DNA of 64,000 nucleotides, taken from assembly GCF_006345805.1 (NCBI RefSeq), contig NC_043006.1:77190001-77254000 (forward strand), given 5' to 3'. This DNA is from Octopus sinensis (taxonomy: Eukaryota). Shown in pieces: positions 25,900 to 40,060 of this stretch. Both the position numbers and the translations under genes were made by a program. The notes under the pieces are model-generated. The model was given only the letters and a program-made list of their open reading frames with translations, made no database searches and was not told where the DNA came from. The first letter of the stretch is position 1, and each line of letters begins with the position of its first letter.

Positions 25900-28800
25900 A
25901 TGATGATTATAACAAGACCTGTTTAAAGGCTAATGACCTCTTACGAGGTGACGGCCACCAAAATATCATATACCTAAGAGGCAGAAGCAACCATAACACT
26001 TGAACACTCCTTTCAAGGAGACATAACCTCCAAAAATTAAACCAAGATTACAGGAATCCTATATCCAAGGGTGGAGATCCTGACAGTGATGGTGTCACGG
26101 TGGTGGGCAAATACTGCTGGTTGTGCAGCCTAAAATTCACTAATACGCATCATATGTGCTGTAATCTCAAATAAAAATAGAAACAAGATCGGGGTGAATG
26201 ATGCCGGAACACCTTGAGAAGATTTCTCACCCGGTGGGTGTCTCACGAGAGAGTAGCGTGGGCTGAGTCATCATCAAGCAACTGCTAAAAGAAGGTGGAC
26301 GAAAACAATAAATGTTGCAGTAATAGAGCGCTACTTTCTGGGTAAACCCAGAGATGGCAATAAAGTACTCGCTAGGGGATATAGGAAAAGAATGTACAGG
26401 GCATGGAGCGACAGAGGCCTATTTAAATTAAGTGAACAAAATCTGTGTGACCAAGATAGAGACATCACAATGAATAAGTAGTTATCTCAGTTGAACTTGA
26501 AAGCATTAAGAGACGGGTGCTTAGGTATAGTAAGACAAGTGGTGAAGGGAAGGATGGGGAAGAGAATGCAGATAGTGAAAGTATGACAGTAGAGTTAAAG
26601 GGAAAAAATATTGAGTATCAGGAGAGCGATGAGAGAACTGAGAAAAAAATACCCATTTGAAAAGAAATTCATTGATATTTTGAGCCCTGGTGAGCAGAGC
26701 ATTCATATAGGGTTTAAAATAGTAAACAGAAAGAAGTTCAATGACTGGAGCTGGAAGATAAATGATATCACTGGTGATACCAGGACTGACAATATCACAG
26801 ACACCAACCATCTGATAAATGCAATCTCCTTTTTTATAGCCCGGAAGTTAGGTAAATGTCAACATAAACTGAAGGAACCATGGCGCAAAATGATAATGCA
26901 ATCGATTAACGAGAGCAGAAAATATATTAATATTTTTGAGCAGAAAACAGAAATGAAGTTCAGCGAGAGAAATATGATGAGCTAGAGAAAAAGTATAGGT
27001 GGAAGAGTAAGGGCATCAATGTCGTGATTGAAGAATTAAACAGAGTTTGAAAAATATAGCACATAAATTAAAGAGGTATGAGGTATGGGGAGTACAGATT
27101 AAAAGGAGTTTTCGAGCAAAATCAGAAGCGAGTCTATCAGGAACTGACTTGGAAAGAAAAAGGTGAAAAAGCTGTACCGGGTGCTGAAGGAAGCAAAATA
27201 TTCTGATCAAGCATATGGTCTCAGGAGAAACAACACGAAACCGAAGTAGAGTGGTTAAATATACTCAAGAGGAGAGTGGAGAGTATCAGCAGGAGGATTG
27301 TAGAATAACCGTGGAGATGATTAGAAATCAGTGCAGAAAAATTCCTAACTAAGAGCGCCTGACTTGCATGGAGTTGCAGCCCTGTATAGGAGAATTGCGA
27401 GACAGATGGACGAAATACTGAGTAGTTACATCCAAGTACTGGCCTGGATTAAAAAAAAATAACGACGCACGGTACAATGCCAGAAGGGCTCAAGTAAAGG
27501 GAATGCGGTTGGAAATTTCCCACCAATACCTTGTTTGCTACTGATGTGGAAACTGATGACGGGAATCATATCAAACAGCATATGTACTAGATAAGAGCGA
27601 TCTACTACTACGCGGAACAAAAAGGGTGTAGATGTAAGAGCAGAGGAACGCAGGATCAATTATTAATCGGTAAGACTGCCCTGGCTGACTGCAAGAAGTA
27701 ACACAAAATTTTGGCGGTGCCATTGGTGGACTACAGGAAAGCATATGGCATGGTCCCACACTCATGGATTATTGAATGCTTTAAACTGCTTAAGGTCTCC
27801 CACAATATCCTGAAGTTAATACAAAACTCAATGACAACATGGCGACGACTGAAATCACAGCATGGGGAGATGAGCTGGGAGAGGTAAATATCAAAAGTGG
27901 AATATTTCAAGGGGACAGTCTGTCGCCTCACCTAGTTGTTATCTGTATACGGCCACTAACTAGCGTTTTAAGAAAGATGGGTGTGGTGAACATGCTAGGC
28001 AGGGTGAAAGAAAACAGCCTGTAGCTTATGGATGACCTAAAGCTATTTGCTATGACTGAGAAAGAAATTGAGAGTTTCACCAACTCTGCTGTTGATTAGC
28101 AAAGATATTGTCATGAAATTTGGGGTCGATAAATGCGGTGTAATGATTCTCAAAACGAGGAAAATCAGTAAAAGCCATGGTATCAAGCTGAAAAGTAATG
28201 AAACTATAAATGAAATCAGAGAGAAATTATCAAAGTACCTGGGTACAATTGAAAGAGATAGGGTGAATGAACACAAAATGAAAGAAATGTACAGAAAAGA
28301 GTATTTAAGGAGAACACGGCTTGTTCTGCAATCGAAACTAAATGGCCGCTATAAACTTACAGCAATTAACACGTGAGCGCTTGCTTTGATGAGATATGGG
28401 GCAGGAATAGTATCTTGGAAGAAGCATGAATTAGAAGAGATAAACCGGAGAACGCGTAAATTAGTGACAATGGACAAGAAACTACAGTCCAAGAGTGATG
28501 TGTCAAGATTGTATGTAAAGAGGAAAGAAGGAGAACGGGGATTAGTATGTTGTGAAGGTTGTGCAAGGGAAGAGGAGAATATCCTGGCTTGGTGTGTCAA
28601 GGGGAGTAAAGAAGAAATGACTGACGCAGTGAAAATGCAGGGAACGTTAGCAGTGAATGAAACCGTAAATCCAATACAATTTCAGTAAGACTAGTGAGAG
28701 CAGATGAAGAACATTTGGCAGGACAAGAAAATGCACAGTCAGTTCTTGAGGAATAAAGATGAGATTGATTGGAATTGAACCTGGTAATGGCTGCAGAAAG

Positions 28801-29067
28801 GAGACCTAAAAAGGCCCACTGAGGCATTAGTATGCATCGCTCAGAACAAGCTCTCGGAACAAACTACTGCAAATATGACATTGATTAAAGCACTGATATA
28901 CCACAGTGTAAGATGTGCTCTGAGAAAGGAGAGAGTATAAGCCATATTGTTAGAGAATGATGGAAGATCGCACAACGGGAATACAATGTGGCCAGATATG
29001 TTCATTGGCTGCTGTGCGGTAAAGCAAACCTCGAGCGATCCTAACAATGGTATGAACACAAGAGTGC

Positions 29068-29068
<1 letters not shown>
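25900..29068 (+). mobile_element. Dead R4/Dong-clade non-LTR retrotransposon, 5' nearly complete, 3' truncated
   Basis: N-terminal RRWTK...GYRKRMYRAW...EQNLCDQ. RT motifs [56 protein letters not shown]. Zn-knuckle CKMCSEKGESISHIV. Ends at WYEHK in (AAT)n. Many stops and frameshifts. 5' boundary uncertain (25900-26190). Confidence 0.92.
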
Positions 29069-29099
<31 letters not shown>

Positions 29100-29269
29100 T
29101 AATAATAATAATAATAATAGTAATAATAATAGTTAATATTATTATTATTATCATTGTTATTCTGAAAGACTCGGGTAGTTCTTAATTACCGGTTATTCTT
29201 TACTTGAAAGCATGCAATAATAACCACTAAAGGTTTCAAGTAATGCCTTCTCCTGTGACTCATAGAGAG

Positions 29270-29343
<74 letters not shown>

Positions 29344-29543
29344 TAATCATAATATTATTACGATAATAATAAATATTAATAATAATAATAATAATATTAA
29401 TAGTATTGATAATAATAATAGTAATGATAATAATAATGATGATAATAATAATAATAATAGTAATGATAATAATAATAATAGTAATGATAACAATAATAAT
29501 AATAGTAATGATAATAATAGTAATGATAATAATAATGATGATG

Positions 29544-29600
<57 letters not shown>
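29068..29600. repeat. (AAT)n, (CTA)n and (AAT/AGT/GAT)n block
   Basis: Runs at 29068-29130, 29270-29343 and 29345-29600. Confidence 0.95.
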
Positions 29601-30084
29601 TAGTATACTGTCGGGGTATGATATCTAAGTTATGAGCGGAAACTAAAATAGTTTATTCATTGAATATTTCCGTTGTTTAACTTCTTTCTTTATTGAATAT
29701 TTTTGTTTTCTTCATATAGTAGAAACGCAAATAACTCAAACGATAAAACTGCTGAATGAATGTTATATATTGACATCATGTATGTTATATATTGGCATAA
29801 TGAAGCGAAAGGTTGAAAATAAATGGAGATATATAAGTGCATTTTATGTTCGTTTCGCCCTTTAATCGATTTTAAAGATTGTTATGTCTACGTTCGAGTG
29901 AAGCAAATGATATACCCAGTACTGAGAGAATTTAAATAGAAGTTATTCAATATGTATATTCAATAAGATTTCAGTTATGTCTTCGATATCGAAACCCCAA
30001 AATACATTTTTATTATTGTTAATATTTTATTTTATGTATTGGTAGAGTTTATGTTGGTTGTGGCGTACTCTCTGTAACGTTAGA

Positions 30085-32740
30085 TATTCACATGATTACA
30101 GTATGTCATCAAGTGCCTCTATTATTTCTGATTGCCATTCTGTTCCAACTCATTTATCCGTTTGCCTATTTTTTCACTGACAATCCCTAATGCACCAACC
30201 ATCAGAAGTACGATCTTTACAGATCCCATTTTCCTAATCCTCACGCTCTCAGAAATTGAGAGTCTGTAGCTTTTCAGATTCCCGTCTACTTTCTTCTGAA
30301 TCCTCACTACAAATGGACACAATAGATGAATCAATATTAAAATTCTGTCTTCCTTGTGCTGCTGTAATGTCTGCTTTGATATATTATATCTTCTTGTCTG
30401 ATTAAATGGGGACAACACACAAAGTTTTGTTTATTTTCGACTCAAGTATGCTTTCTACACGATGATTAACCATGTAACTCTTGCTTTAAACCTCTATCTT
30501 GAACAAAGCTTCAGTTTTCACAATTTGATAATATGTCCAATTCTTTTATTCTCCTGCATGAATGTGTGTCATTGTTTCACTCCATTCCAGATATTCTGCA
30601 TTTTACCGACATATTCACACTATACACATTCCCACAAGTAGTTTATTTGTGGTGCTTCGTTTTGACCAGTCATAGTAAGATTCTCTTCTCATTTCCCAAT
30701 TACTGCTTATTCATCCAATCCAGGATTTTGTTCTATATACATCTTGTATGGTTTTCCCAAAACTTATCATTCAAAAGGTTCTCTCTGAATTTCAGTTTTG
30801 TGTTTTTCACTTTCCCTCACTAGACCACCCGTTCTTCATTCACTTCCTTAAGTAACTTTTATACACTGTTCTGCGAATAATCAGCGTGTTTCGTTCCATT
30901 TGCACACATTCTTCAATTATACCTCTTTCAACGTGGTCTCTCTTCAAGTAAAACCGATTGATATCAGCTGCAGAATGTTCGGCTTCATACATAGTCAAGA
31001 GTTGTTTATTTTCTTTCTGTCAACTTTCTGCATTTCGCCTTTTGTCCATTTCACAATTCTCACTTCATACCTGTTAACTGGAATTATTGTTGATGCAACT
31101 GCTTCAATAACGATTCGGAAAATCAACATAAACGGTAATATTTCCAGCACTCTCGTTGTATATTTCCCACATGCAATTTGCTTCATCTCTTCATGTTTTA
31201 TTTCTTATGCCTGAAGCAATCCCAAAATTCGTACATCACTGTCGTTTCTCAACTGATTTCACTTTCAGTTTTAGTTCCATGGCTTACCTCAAACCTTTCC
31301 CGTTTCATTAACAAAATAGCATACAATCCAAGCCAGAATTTCATTCCAAAATCATGTTTAAAAATCCGAACAATACCTAAATGATATTCCAGCTTATTCT
31401 CATTTTTGCATAAAGCTTTAAATCACCCATGAATAGGAGATTATAGGTCTGACATTTATGTTTGACCTTATCCTTTCTTCAAACCATCTGCTATTTTGAC
31501 ATTACGTAATATCAGTCTAAACATTGTACTATTCGTGGTCAACACGAATAGTAATGGAGACAATCGATCACCATGACATATAACATGTGTAATATACAGA
31601 TTCTCAAGCGTTTCCCCATTTATGTCCGTGCTCCCAAGTCCCATACTTTCATTGACCGGTTTTTCCATATTTTCTGCCATTCCAAGCAGGCTCATTGTTT
31701 TAGTTAGCCAACGGTGCAACATCAGGTCATATGCTTTTTTTTAATACTCCAACGATACTGAATTTATTCCTGTCATTCTGCGTACACTAGTCATAAGCTT
31801 CTACAGCAGTGGTTAATGGTTATAAGTGGGAAATTTCATAGTATCCTTCGACGCTGAGGTTCGTCCAGTTGTCATACATGTAGGAATGTGCCCTTGCTGC
31901 AGGAATTAATCAAGTTTTAATGTGATCCTTTCATTCAACTGTGTAAAATATATCCTTTAAACCATAAGCTTCCACTCATCAGAATACTTTGAGAAACTTC
32001 AGTCTTACTGAGTACAGATCAATTCTAAAGTCTTTTTGTTTGATGCAAGTTGCATCTCAACTTTTGTTAGTCATTCTGCATTTCATTTATGTCTCCCTTT
32101 ACTTCCTTCTTTATCAGGGATCGTGCTTTGCCTCTGTTTCCTCAAATTGTCATCTTCTGTTCCATTGAAGCTAGCTATTCTGCTCAACACTTTTGCATTA
32201 GTCTAGTATTGTATCTTTTCTGTTTGTACAGTTTGCTGTTCCCTTCATCGTTCAAGTTTGTTCAACATTTATTGTTTTTCGTCCAAGTTCATCTTTTTCA
32301 CTGTGTAGTTCATCTGCACCCTCAGACACGTACTAATTTCCTTCATTTTCCACCCGTTCATTACCACTTTCTGCTACTGTTATTTCACACACAACCTGTT
32401 CATTTTCCATTCTTCTCTGAATTTCCTCAAATTTTAATTGTGTAATCCAATAAATTTTATGATTTGGTTTATCAATCGTTGAGTGGAAGTTTCAAAGATT
32501 CCTTTTCATCACATATCCTCTTCATCCTTTTTAAGAGACTTGTTTTCTTGAGTCCAATTCTCAGCCAGCATTCAGTCATTAGTTTGTTTACCTCTTTCCC
32601 CCTATCAACGTTTTCTCGCACTCCACCTTTGACTTCGATCCTGATCTTATCCATGACTTGTTAATACCCTGCTGAAGCTTGCTCAGTCAGTCTATGCTTG
32701 TCATGCCCGAATCTTTGATTGTTGCAGCCCCGTTAACGAA
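30085..32740 (-). mobile_element. Second, more decayed R4/Dong LINE retaining the REL endonuclease end
   Basis: N-terminal NKLMTECWLRIG..KRMKRICDEK (32472-32654); KKAYDLMLHRW; HGDRLSPLLFVL (31468-31722); C-terminal REL region ...LMVGALGIVSEKIGKRINEL (30122-30418). Confidence 0.88.
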
Positions 32741-33108
32741 TTTATTATAACTATTTGAATTTGAAATTTTCCTTCATTTTGTGGTAAGATTCATTAGACT
32801 GTATAATGACCAATATTTTTATCACAACATCATCACTAGATTGATTGCTAACCAAGGTTCGGAGAAACCACAGCAATCCTCATATATACACAATTGAACG
32901 ATGTTGACTCTCATATCTCCCCCACCCCATTTGACGAGATTTATTGTTGTTATTTGTAAGCTAACAAAATCGTTAGAGCGTCCGATAAAATGCAATGTTT
33001 GCCAGTGGAGGATTTCTACTTTCCACTTTTGTTGTTGCCGCTGCTTTTTTTCTTTTATGCAGCAAATATGTTCCCTTCGTTTGACATTTTAATATTTTTC
33101 TTTAGCAT

Positions 33109-33310
33109 AAGGCGGCGAGCTGGCAGAATCGTTAGAAGGCTGGGCAAAATGATTAGCGGTACTTCGTCTGTCTTCAGGCTCTGAGTTCAAATTCTGCCAA
33201 GGTCGACTTTGCCTTTCATCCTTACGAGGTTGATAAATTAAATATCAGTGAAACACTGGGTTTAATGCCATCCACTGGCCCCCATCCACTAAATGTGTGA
33301 CCTTGTGTAT
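33109..33310 (+). mobile_element. SINE family A monomer, tail type B
   Basis: AAGGCGGCGAGCTGGCAGAATCGTTAG head; CTGAGTTCAAATTCTGCCAAGGTCGACTTTGCC. Confidence 0.9.
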
Positions 33311-33679
33311 TATTTTAATATTGCATAGCAATAAGAATGTAATATTTTCTCTTTCCCAAATATTACGATTGTAAATGGGCTTTAGATCCCTTTTCTTCTA
33401 AAGTAATTATCCTGATGTAGTATAATTAAAAATAAAAACACATTTGTTACAATATATTTTTCAAATAGTTTCATTTTAAAGTTGAAAAAAAAAGTTCTCT
33501 AAGGACAATTTTCACAACTTAACCGAACATTATTGAATGTTGGGCGTTCTGTTTCTTTGGCCTTTGGTGTCGTCGGTATTCTTGTTCTAAGTCCTTTGCA
33601 TTTCGCCTTTTCCATATACGGCTGTTTTGCGTTTAAGCTTATGACCCAGACGCATTGAAAACATTGAAATCGCGCAGCG

Positions 33680-33897
33680 CTATGTAAAGTTCCTTGTTTG
33701 AGAATAAAATCCTTGGACATTTTTACTTTCATTCCATTTACTGGACAGCATATATGGAAAACACGTGGGTGTGTCTGATGGTGATGAGGTCAGTTTGTCT
33801 TTCATAATGTGATTAGCTGTCTCATGATCTTCAGGCATACATTTACAATAATCCATCGAAGTTTCATCGAAAGAGGAAACAAAAATATCTTGAAAGA
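33680..33897 (-). CDS. Candidate terminal coding exon, unknown product
   Basis: Strong acceptor TTTTTCTCTCTTCATTTTCAG|, then a phase-1 open frame (V)FQDIFVSSFDETSMDYCKCMPEDHETANHIMKDKLTSS...QTRNFT*. No family recognised. Confidence 0.25.
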
Positions 33898-34104
33898 CTG
33901 AAAATGAAGAGAGAAAAATCCAGTTGAACATTCTTATCTTTTTGTATTACTGGCTACAGTAATACAGGCTTCCAGAAATGTGAAAATGTGACAAGTACCA
34001 TTAAAACTTAATATGGACTTTCTGAAGTTGCAAGCATGTGCATGTTTCAATATCTAGCATTAAGAGATCTACTCATGTATTGCATTATCGTTATGTTGTT
34101 ACTG

Positions 34105-34192
34105 TTATTATTATCATCATTATTATTATTATTATTATTATTTTATTATTATTATTATTATTATATTATTATTATTATTATTATTATTATTT
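34105..34192. repeat. (ATT)n microsatellite
   Basis: Direct reading. Lies 3' of the third Dong copy. Confidence 0.97.
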
Positions 34193-34399
34193 AGCTGCCT
34201 CATTGGTTTTCTTTACAATCCCGAGAGCAAATTTGCATTCCTTGGCTATATGCACTGTTTATTTTGTTGTTTTTTTTTTCTTAAATTTCTTTTTTATATT
34301 TGGTTTGCAAGATTTTTCGTTTTTATTGGCATAATGACCATCCCTACTCACAACAAGAGTTGTTGTTTTTTAATAATATTGAATGCGATTTGCTAATGT

Positions 34400-34715
34400 G
34401 TGAGTGGCATGTAGCAATGCTATTTTCTCTATGTTATTTCTAAATTCTGTGTTTTTGTTTTGCGTATTTTGTCTGCAGTTTTTCTGATTATTCCCAAATC
34501 ACATTTCATTATAAGCATTGTTTTTCTTTCCCGGTCCCACAGTTGGTCTATATCTCAAATTCCACGTGTTTATTTTAGTATATTTAGTTATCATCTATTG
34601 CGACTGATATGCAAGCCGGGGGAGATTACAATTGTGGGAGATTCTTGTTAAGGGAAATTCCTGTACCTCGTGATCGTTGATAACAAAATCTGGTCAATTA
34701 GTCTTTACCTGCCTC

Positions 34716-34747
<32 letters not shown>

Positions 34748-35425
34748 AATTGCATATGCCAGTGTACAGTTGTTTCGTCCATGTCGAAGACCATTTAAGG
34801 TGTATGTCTGCTATTTCTCTTCTGTTGTTATTTCATACATCTGACACAATTCCCAGTTTATGTGAGTTCCAAATCTGTGATGTAGATGTATTCAACCTTG
34901 GTTAATACTGGTTAGCCACATACAATATGGTTAATATGTTTTATTCTTCCTTTTCCGTCTCCACAAATTCTACGGTTGCGAAGTGCATCCTGCTTCATTA
35001 TATGCCTTTCTTGGTTTCCAATGGGGAAACTTTGTTTCTGCGCCGTAAATAAGAGCCCTTCACTCTCATCTAGGAACCCCAAGCTTCTCAATAAAGCTTG
35101 GGATTCCACGTTGGTGAGTTTCTACTTATATGTCAACTTCGTTGAGCTTTTTGCCATATTCCACTTCATTCAGCGTTTTGCATATAAAAGATTTTGTTTT
35201 ACCGTCATTTTTATCACGGTATTCTGGAGTCCCTGTTTGGGCTTGCGTATTAGGTGTTCCTCCATTTGTTCGCTTGTTTATCCATTTTCATCATGGCTTA
35301 TCTGTTATTTCAACCTCTGCTTTCTATATGTTGGCTTCATTGAAGAGTGCTCTGAATTGTATTGTTTTGTTCATGTCTCGAAGCTACATCAACGATTTTT
35401 TTAATGATTTTGTACTTACTATATT
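34400..35425 (-). mobile_element. Third R4/Dong LINE remnant (Zn knuckle and REL region)
   Basis: ORF 34912-35109 SQALLRSLGFLDESEGLLFTAQKQSF...RICG...INHIVCG; PDFVIND at ~34670-34700. Interrupted by (TG)n. Confidence 0.8.
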
Positions 35426-35431
35426 TTAGAC

Positions 35432-35510
35432 CAGAGGTGGGGAAACTTTTTAGTGCGGCGGGCAAAAATATCCTAAGAAAAAGGTCGGCGTGCAAATCAC
35501 AAGTTCTAAC
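35432..35510 (+). mobile_element. hAT (Charlie-like) left-end fragment
   Basis: CAGAGGTGGGGAAACTTTTTAGTGCGGCGGGC resembles hAT-Charlie termini. No right end found. Confidence 0.45.
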
Positions 35511-36073
35511 TCTTATATCTGTAAATTTTGTATATATATATATATATATGTTTAATTCGATATTCATTAATAAAAATAAGTTTGACACAGTAGATTAACG
35601 CGTAACATCTTCATTAACACCGCCACTGAACTTAGGACATTTATATTACTTTTGAGGTATTCTATATTTTTCAGCTAGAGTGTAGTTGGGTCTCAATGGG
35701 GTGGTAAAACCTAGTAATATATACTTCATAGGGAAAACACAGTTTCCATTCAAATGGCAATTATCTAACGATTTCTGTTCGATTCTGACCATTTTACGTC
35801 GTGGTGGAAACACGACATATGTCGCAAATAAACATACGAATACTTTATAAATTTTATGTTTGAAGGATTTACTATATTTTACATATGAGTATATCAGCCT
35901 GTTGGCCAAAGAAATGGGCTCACGGGAGTAATTGCGCCCACGGATGAGTGTTTCCCCATGCCAGATTTAGTCTTACGGTGAATATTTTCTAATAGTTGTC
36001 TAACGGTATAAAAACCATTACAGATTTGTATTTGTGGTATAAATGGTTTATATATATATATATACATACATAT

Positions 36074-36167
<94 letters not shown>

Positions 36168-36978
36168 AACTGATAAACAGACAGGAGGATAGATAGGTAG
36201 ATAGATAGATAGATAGTTTGTGCAGATGCATTCTAAATACACTGATTATTTTCTGCCTTTTTCACATCCGGTATTACTAGTTCGTTCAATTTACAGTGGC
36301 TTATGGCAGAACACCTAAATCGATGATGTATATCACGTTATTTTTCGCCGTTAGATCCGTTTCAAGAATTAACCGGATACTTCTATAATATTCCTTTCTA
36401 ATGCTTTCTTTTCTTAAACAGTATCTTCTTCACCAACTGCTATATGTCTGCAGGTCTCGTGTGGTGTAACATTCCTATCCCTGTTCTATTCTAGTATGAC
36501 ATTGCACCATAGATTATCGTACGTAATGTTTATGCAGTTTGACAATAAAATGCCCTAACCATACATACTCTAACGAAGATGAAGCAGTTTACTTTCCTGA
36601 TTTGAAATTACTTAATATTTACCTGTTTTATCTTGTCAGCTTCGATTCTGTCTCAGCAAAGTCACGTCCACTCAGTCTTGAAACGTGCTATCCGCTTATG
36701 GATAGTTAATACTCAAAAGAATATTCCACCATCACGCATATTCTACGATCGAGAATACATTAATATCAAGAATGATTTGAATGAATTTATATGCTTTATT
36801 AGTAATATTCTACTGATATCCAGAAGATAATTTTTGTGAAAATCCGAAGCAAATTTACGCATTTTATTTGAAACCATTTTTATCAAATTCAGTGAAAAGG
36901 TGAATATGACCATTATATAATGGATAATTTCACATATTTAAGGATATGTATATATATATCTGGACGAAACTCTTGGTG

Positions 36979-37590
36979 GTATTTCGCCCGTCGTTACCTT
37001 CTGAATTCAAATTCCGCCAGGGTCGACTGTGCCTTTCATCCTTTCGGGGTCGATTAAATAAGTAACAGTTACGCAGTGGGGTCGATATAATCGACTTGTT
37101 CTGTTTGTCTGTCTTTGTTTGTCCCCCCTGTGTTTAGCCCCTTGTGGGCAGTAAGAAATACGTATTTCGCCTGCCGTTACGTTCTGAGTTCAAATTACGC
37201 CGTGGTCGACTTTGCCTTTCATCCTTTCGGGGCCGATTAAATAAGTAACAGTTACGCACTGGAGTAGATATAATTGACTTGATCCGTTTGTCTGTCTTTG
37301 TTTGTCCCCTCTGTGTTTAGCCCCTTGTCTGCAGCTATGTTCTGAGTTCAAATTTCACCGAGGTCGACTTTGCCTTCCATCCTTTCGGGATCGATTAAAT
37401 AAGTACTAGTTACGTACTGAGTCCATATAATCGACTTAATCTGTTTGACCGTCCTTGTTTGTCCCCTCTGTCTTTAGCCCCTTGTGTGTAGTAAAGAAAT
37501 AGGTATTTCGCTCGTTGTTACCTTCTGAATTCAAATTCCGCCTTTCGCCCTCCCCAAAAGTTCGAGCCTTATGCCTAGCGTAGAAAAGAT
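36979..37590 (+). mobile_element. Tandem array of SINE family A bodies (3 units of ~180 bp plus a partial unit with tail B)
   Basis: Units restart at GTATTTCG (36979, 37161, 37501; the third unit at ~37331 is slightly 5'-clipped). The last unit ends in tail B. Confidence 0.92.
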
Positions 37591-37992
37591 TATTATTATT
37601 GTCATTATTATTCGTTTCTTCTTCTTTTTATGGTTATGAATAAAAGTGATATTGCATATGAAATATTATTGTCAAAATTGCTTTATTTGAAACGAACGTT
37701 TTTATGAAGCAAATATTTAAGACTTATATTCACTGAATTTTAATAAAAGAAATGCAAGCTTACCTAAATATCTTAGAAAGAATATGCATGCATTATTATC
37801 GTTTTATCTTTCAAAGTCTTGATTCAATCTTTAAACAATTTTGTAGAATGTGTTTACACAGTTGAAAGTTTAAGATCATATATGTGTGTGCGTTTGTGTG
37901 TGTGAGTGTGTGTGTACGCACATATATATACATGCTTATATACATATAGATAGACTTAATCATATATACGTTAATATTCGTATGTATATGTT

Positions 37993-38077
<85 letters not shown>

Positions 38078-38182
38078 TCTATGTATGTACATACATAGAT
38101 ATATAAATATATATATATATATCTATATGTATGTATATACACATATATACATGTATCTATATACATACATATATATGTTTAT

Positions 38183-38226
<44 letters not shown>

Positions 38227-38333
38227 TGTACGTATATAGATAGATATAAACGTGTTTATATATATGTATATGTATGTATACACACACACATATATATACA
38301 CATATACATACATATATATATATACATAAATAT

Positions 38334-38399
<66 letters not shown>

Positions 38400-38464
38400 C
38401 GTGAAAATCTGAATTACATTTTGGGAATTCTACTCTATCATAGAAATAAATTAAATTAAGTTAC

Positions 38465-38551
38465 CTGTTTCCCCTTTTTGCCATATCCTGTTGTTTACAG
38501 GAATGAGCATATGATGTAAATCTTGACAGAAGTCATATGCACAAGAAGATT
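38465..38551 (-). CDS. Candidate 87-nt phase-1/phase-1 coding exon
   Basis: Acceptor TACTTTTTAAG|, donor CAG|GTAACT, open frame (E)SSCAYDFCQDLHHMLIPVNNRIWQKGET. Phase-compatible with 33680-33897. Confidence 0.2.
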
Positions 38552-39093
38552 CTTAAAAAGTATTTTAGATTTTCAGCTACGCATCTGCGATAGAAAAAGA
38601 TCAACAAGATATATGACTTAAATCTTAGAAATTGTTATAGCTAGCATATACGTGAAAGATATTTGTATGTAAATTCAAAGCACTCTGTGATGCACATAAG
38701 GGGGTGCATTCAAGATATCAATGCGAACAACACTTGTATGAGAGGATGGGGAGTGTGGAATAGATACTACTCGGTTATATAATACACACACAAACACACA
38801 CACACACATACATACATACAATATGAGAGAAATTACAGGAAGATTATTTTGCAACGAGGAAATAACGAAATATAACGGGAAATGTGACAACTGAACTGAC
38901 GTGATCGATAATTCATAGAACTACAAAACGAACACATAACAATCACAGAAGTATACAACAACAAGAAAAGGAAAATTATTCAAACGTTAAAGATAGAAAG
39001 CGAATAAGTACGATATTAGCCATAAATATTATGCATACAGAAATACACAAACATGCACACTTACTCATATATATATATATATATACATAATAT

Positions 39094-39150
<57 letters not shown>

Positions 39151-39167
39151 ATTTGTATATATGAATA

Positions 39168-39204
<37 letters not shown>

Positions 39205-39294
39205 TTGCATATATGAATATATATATATATAGATTTGTATATATGAATATATGTATGTATATATATATATATATATATATATTTGTATATATGA

Positions 39295-39349
<55 letters not shown>

Positions 39350-40003
39350 CGTCTGTCTTAACTGTATATATGCATGTATATATTTATATATATATATATT
39401 AAATATTAGGGCTGAAGCCTTCTCTCCCTACATACACAAGCAATATTTTACACCCAAATACATTTGAGATCCTCTATAAACGAGGGTAACTACAAACGAT
39501 CGCAACTATACAAGGCTAGCCTCTCTATATACGTGAACACACAGAGCATACAAACTTCACACAACAAACAAAAAATGCCACAAGTTCCACACTAAGATGA
39601 ATCAAGCTACAATATACAATACACTGTGTCCAGAAGATTATTATACAATTCATACAAAAAATTAAGAAAATTTCCGAAAAGACAAATGCGAGGGATACAA
39701 TCTCCACAAATGCCTTCTAGAGTAGCGTCAGTTGATTCATTCTTCCATTGTTCCATTTACGCGAATTCACGATAAATCCCGTGAACGAAAGGAGATTGTT
39801 TTTCAGAATGGAGGCGAGCAACTTTCTCCAAGTTAACATGTGAACAGCTTGAAAAATTGTTAAGATACTTGGATATTATACTACCCTTCTTAACATGAAA
39901 CCAATGGCACCCGAATGGGTATATATATATATATATATATATAAGTTTTATCAGATTTGCACGCCCCCAGTGTGTATATATATATATATATTTATATTAT
40001 ATT

Positions 40004-40039
<36 letters not shown>

Positions 40040-40060
40040 TAATAATAATAATAATAATAA

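Noticed and set aside
36633-36830. 65-aa ORF with VLKRAIRLWIV, loosely like the Mab-21 LKTxxFW motif
   Set aside because: Single weak motif 16 kb from the 20114 fragment; spacing is not clean.
36979-37590. Regularly spaced repeats superficially like a CRISPR array
   Set aside because: Units are ~180-bp SINE bodies without unique spacers; eukaryotic context; no cas genes.
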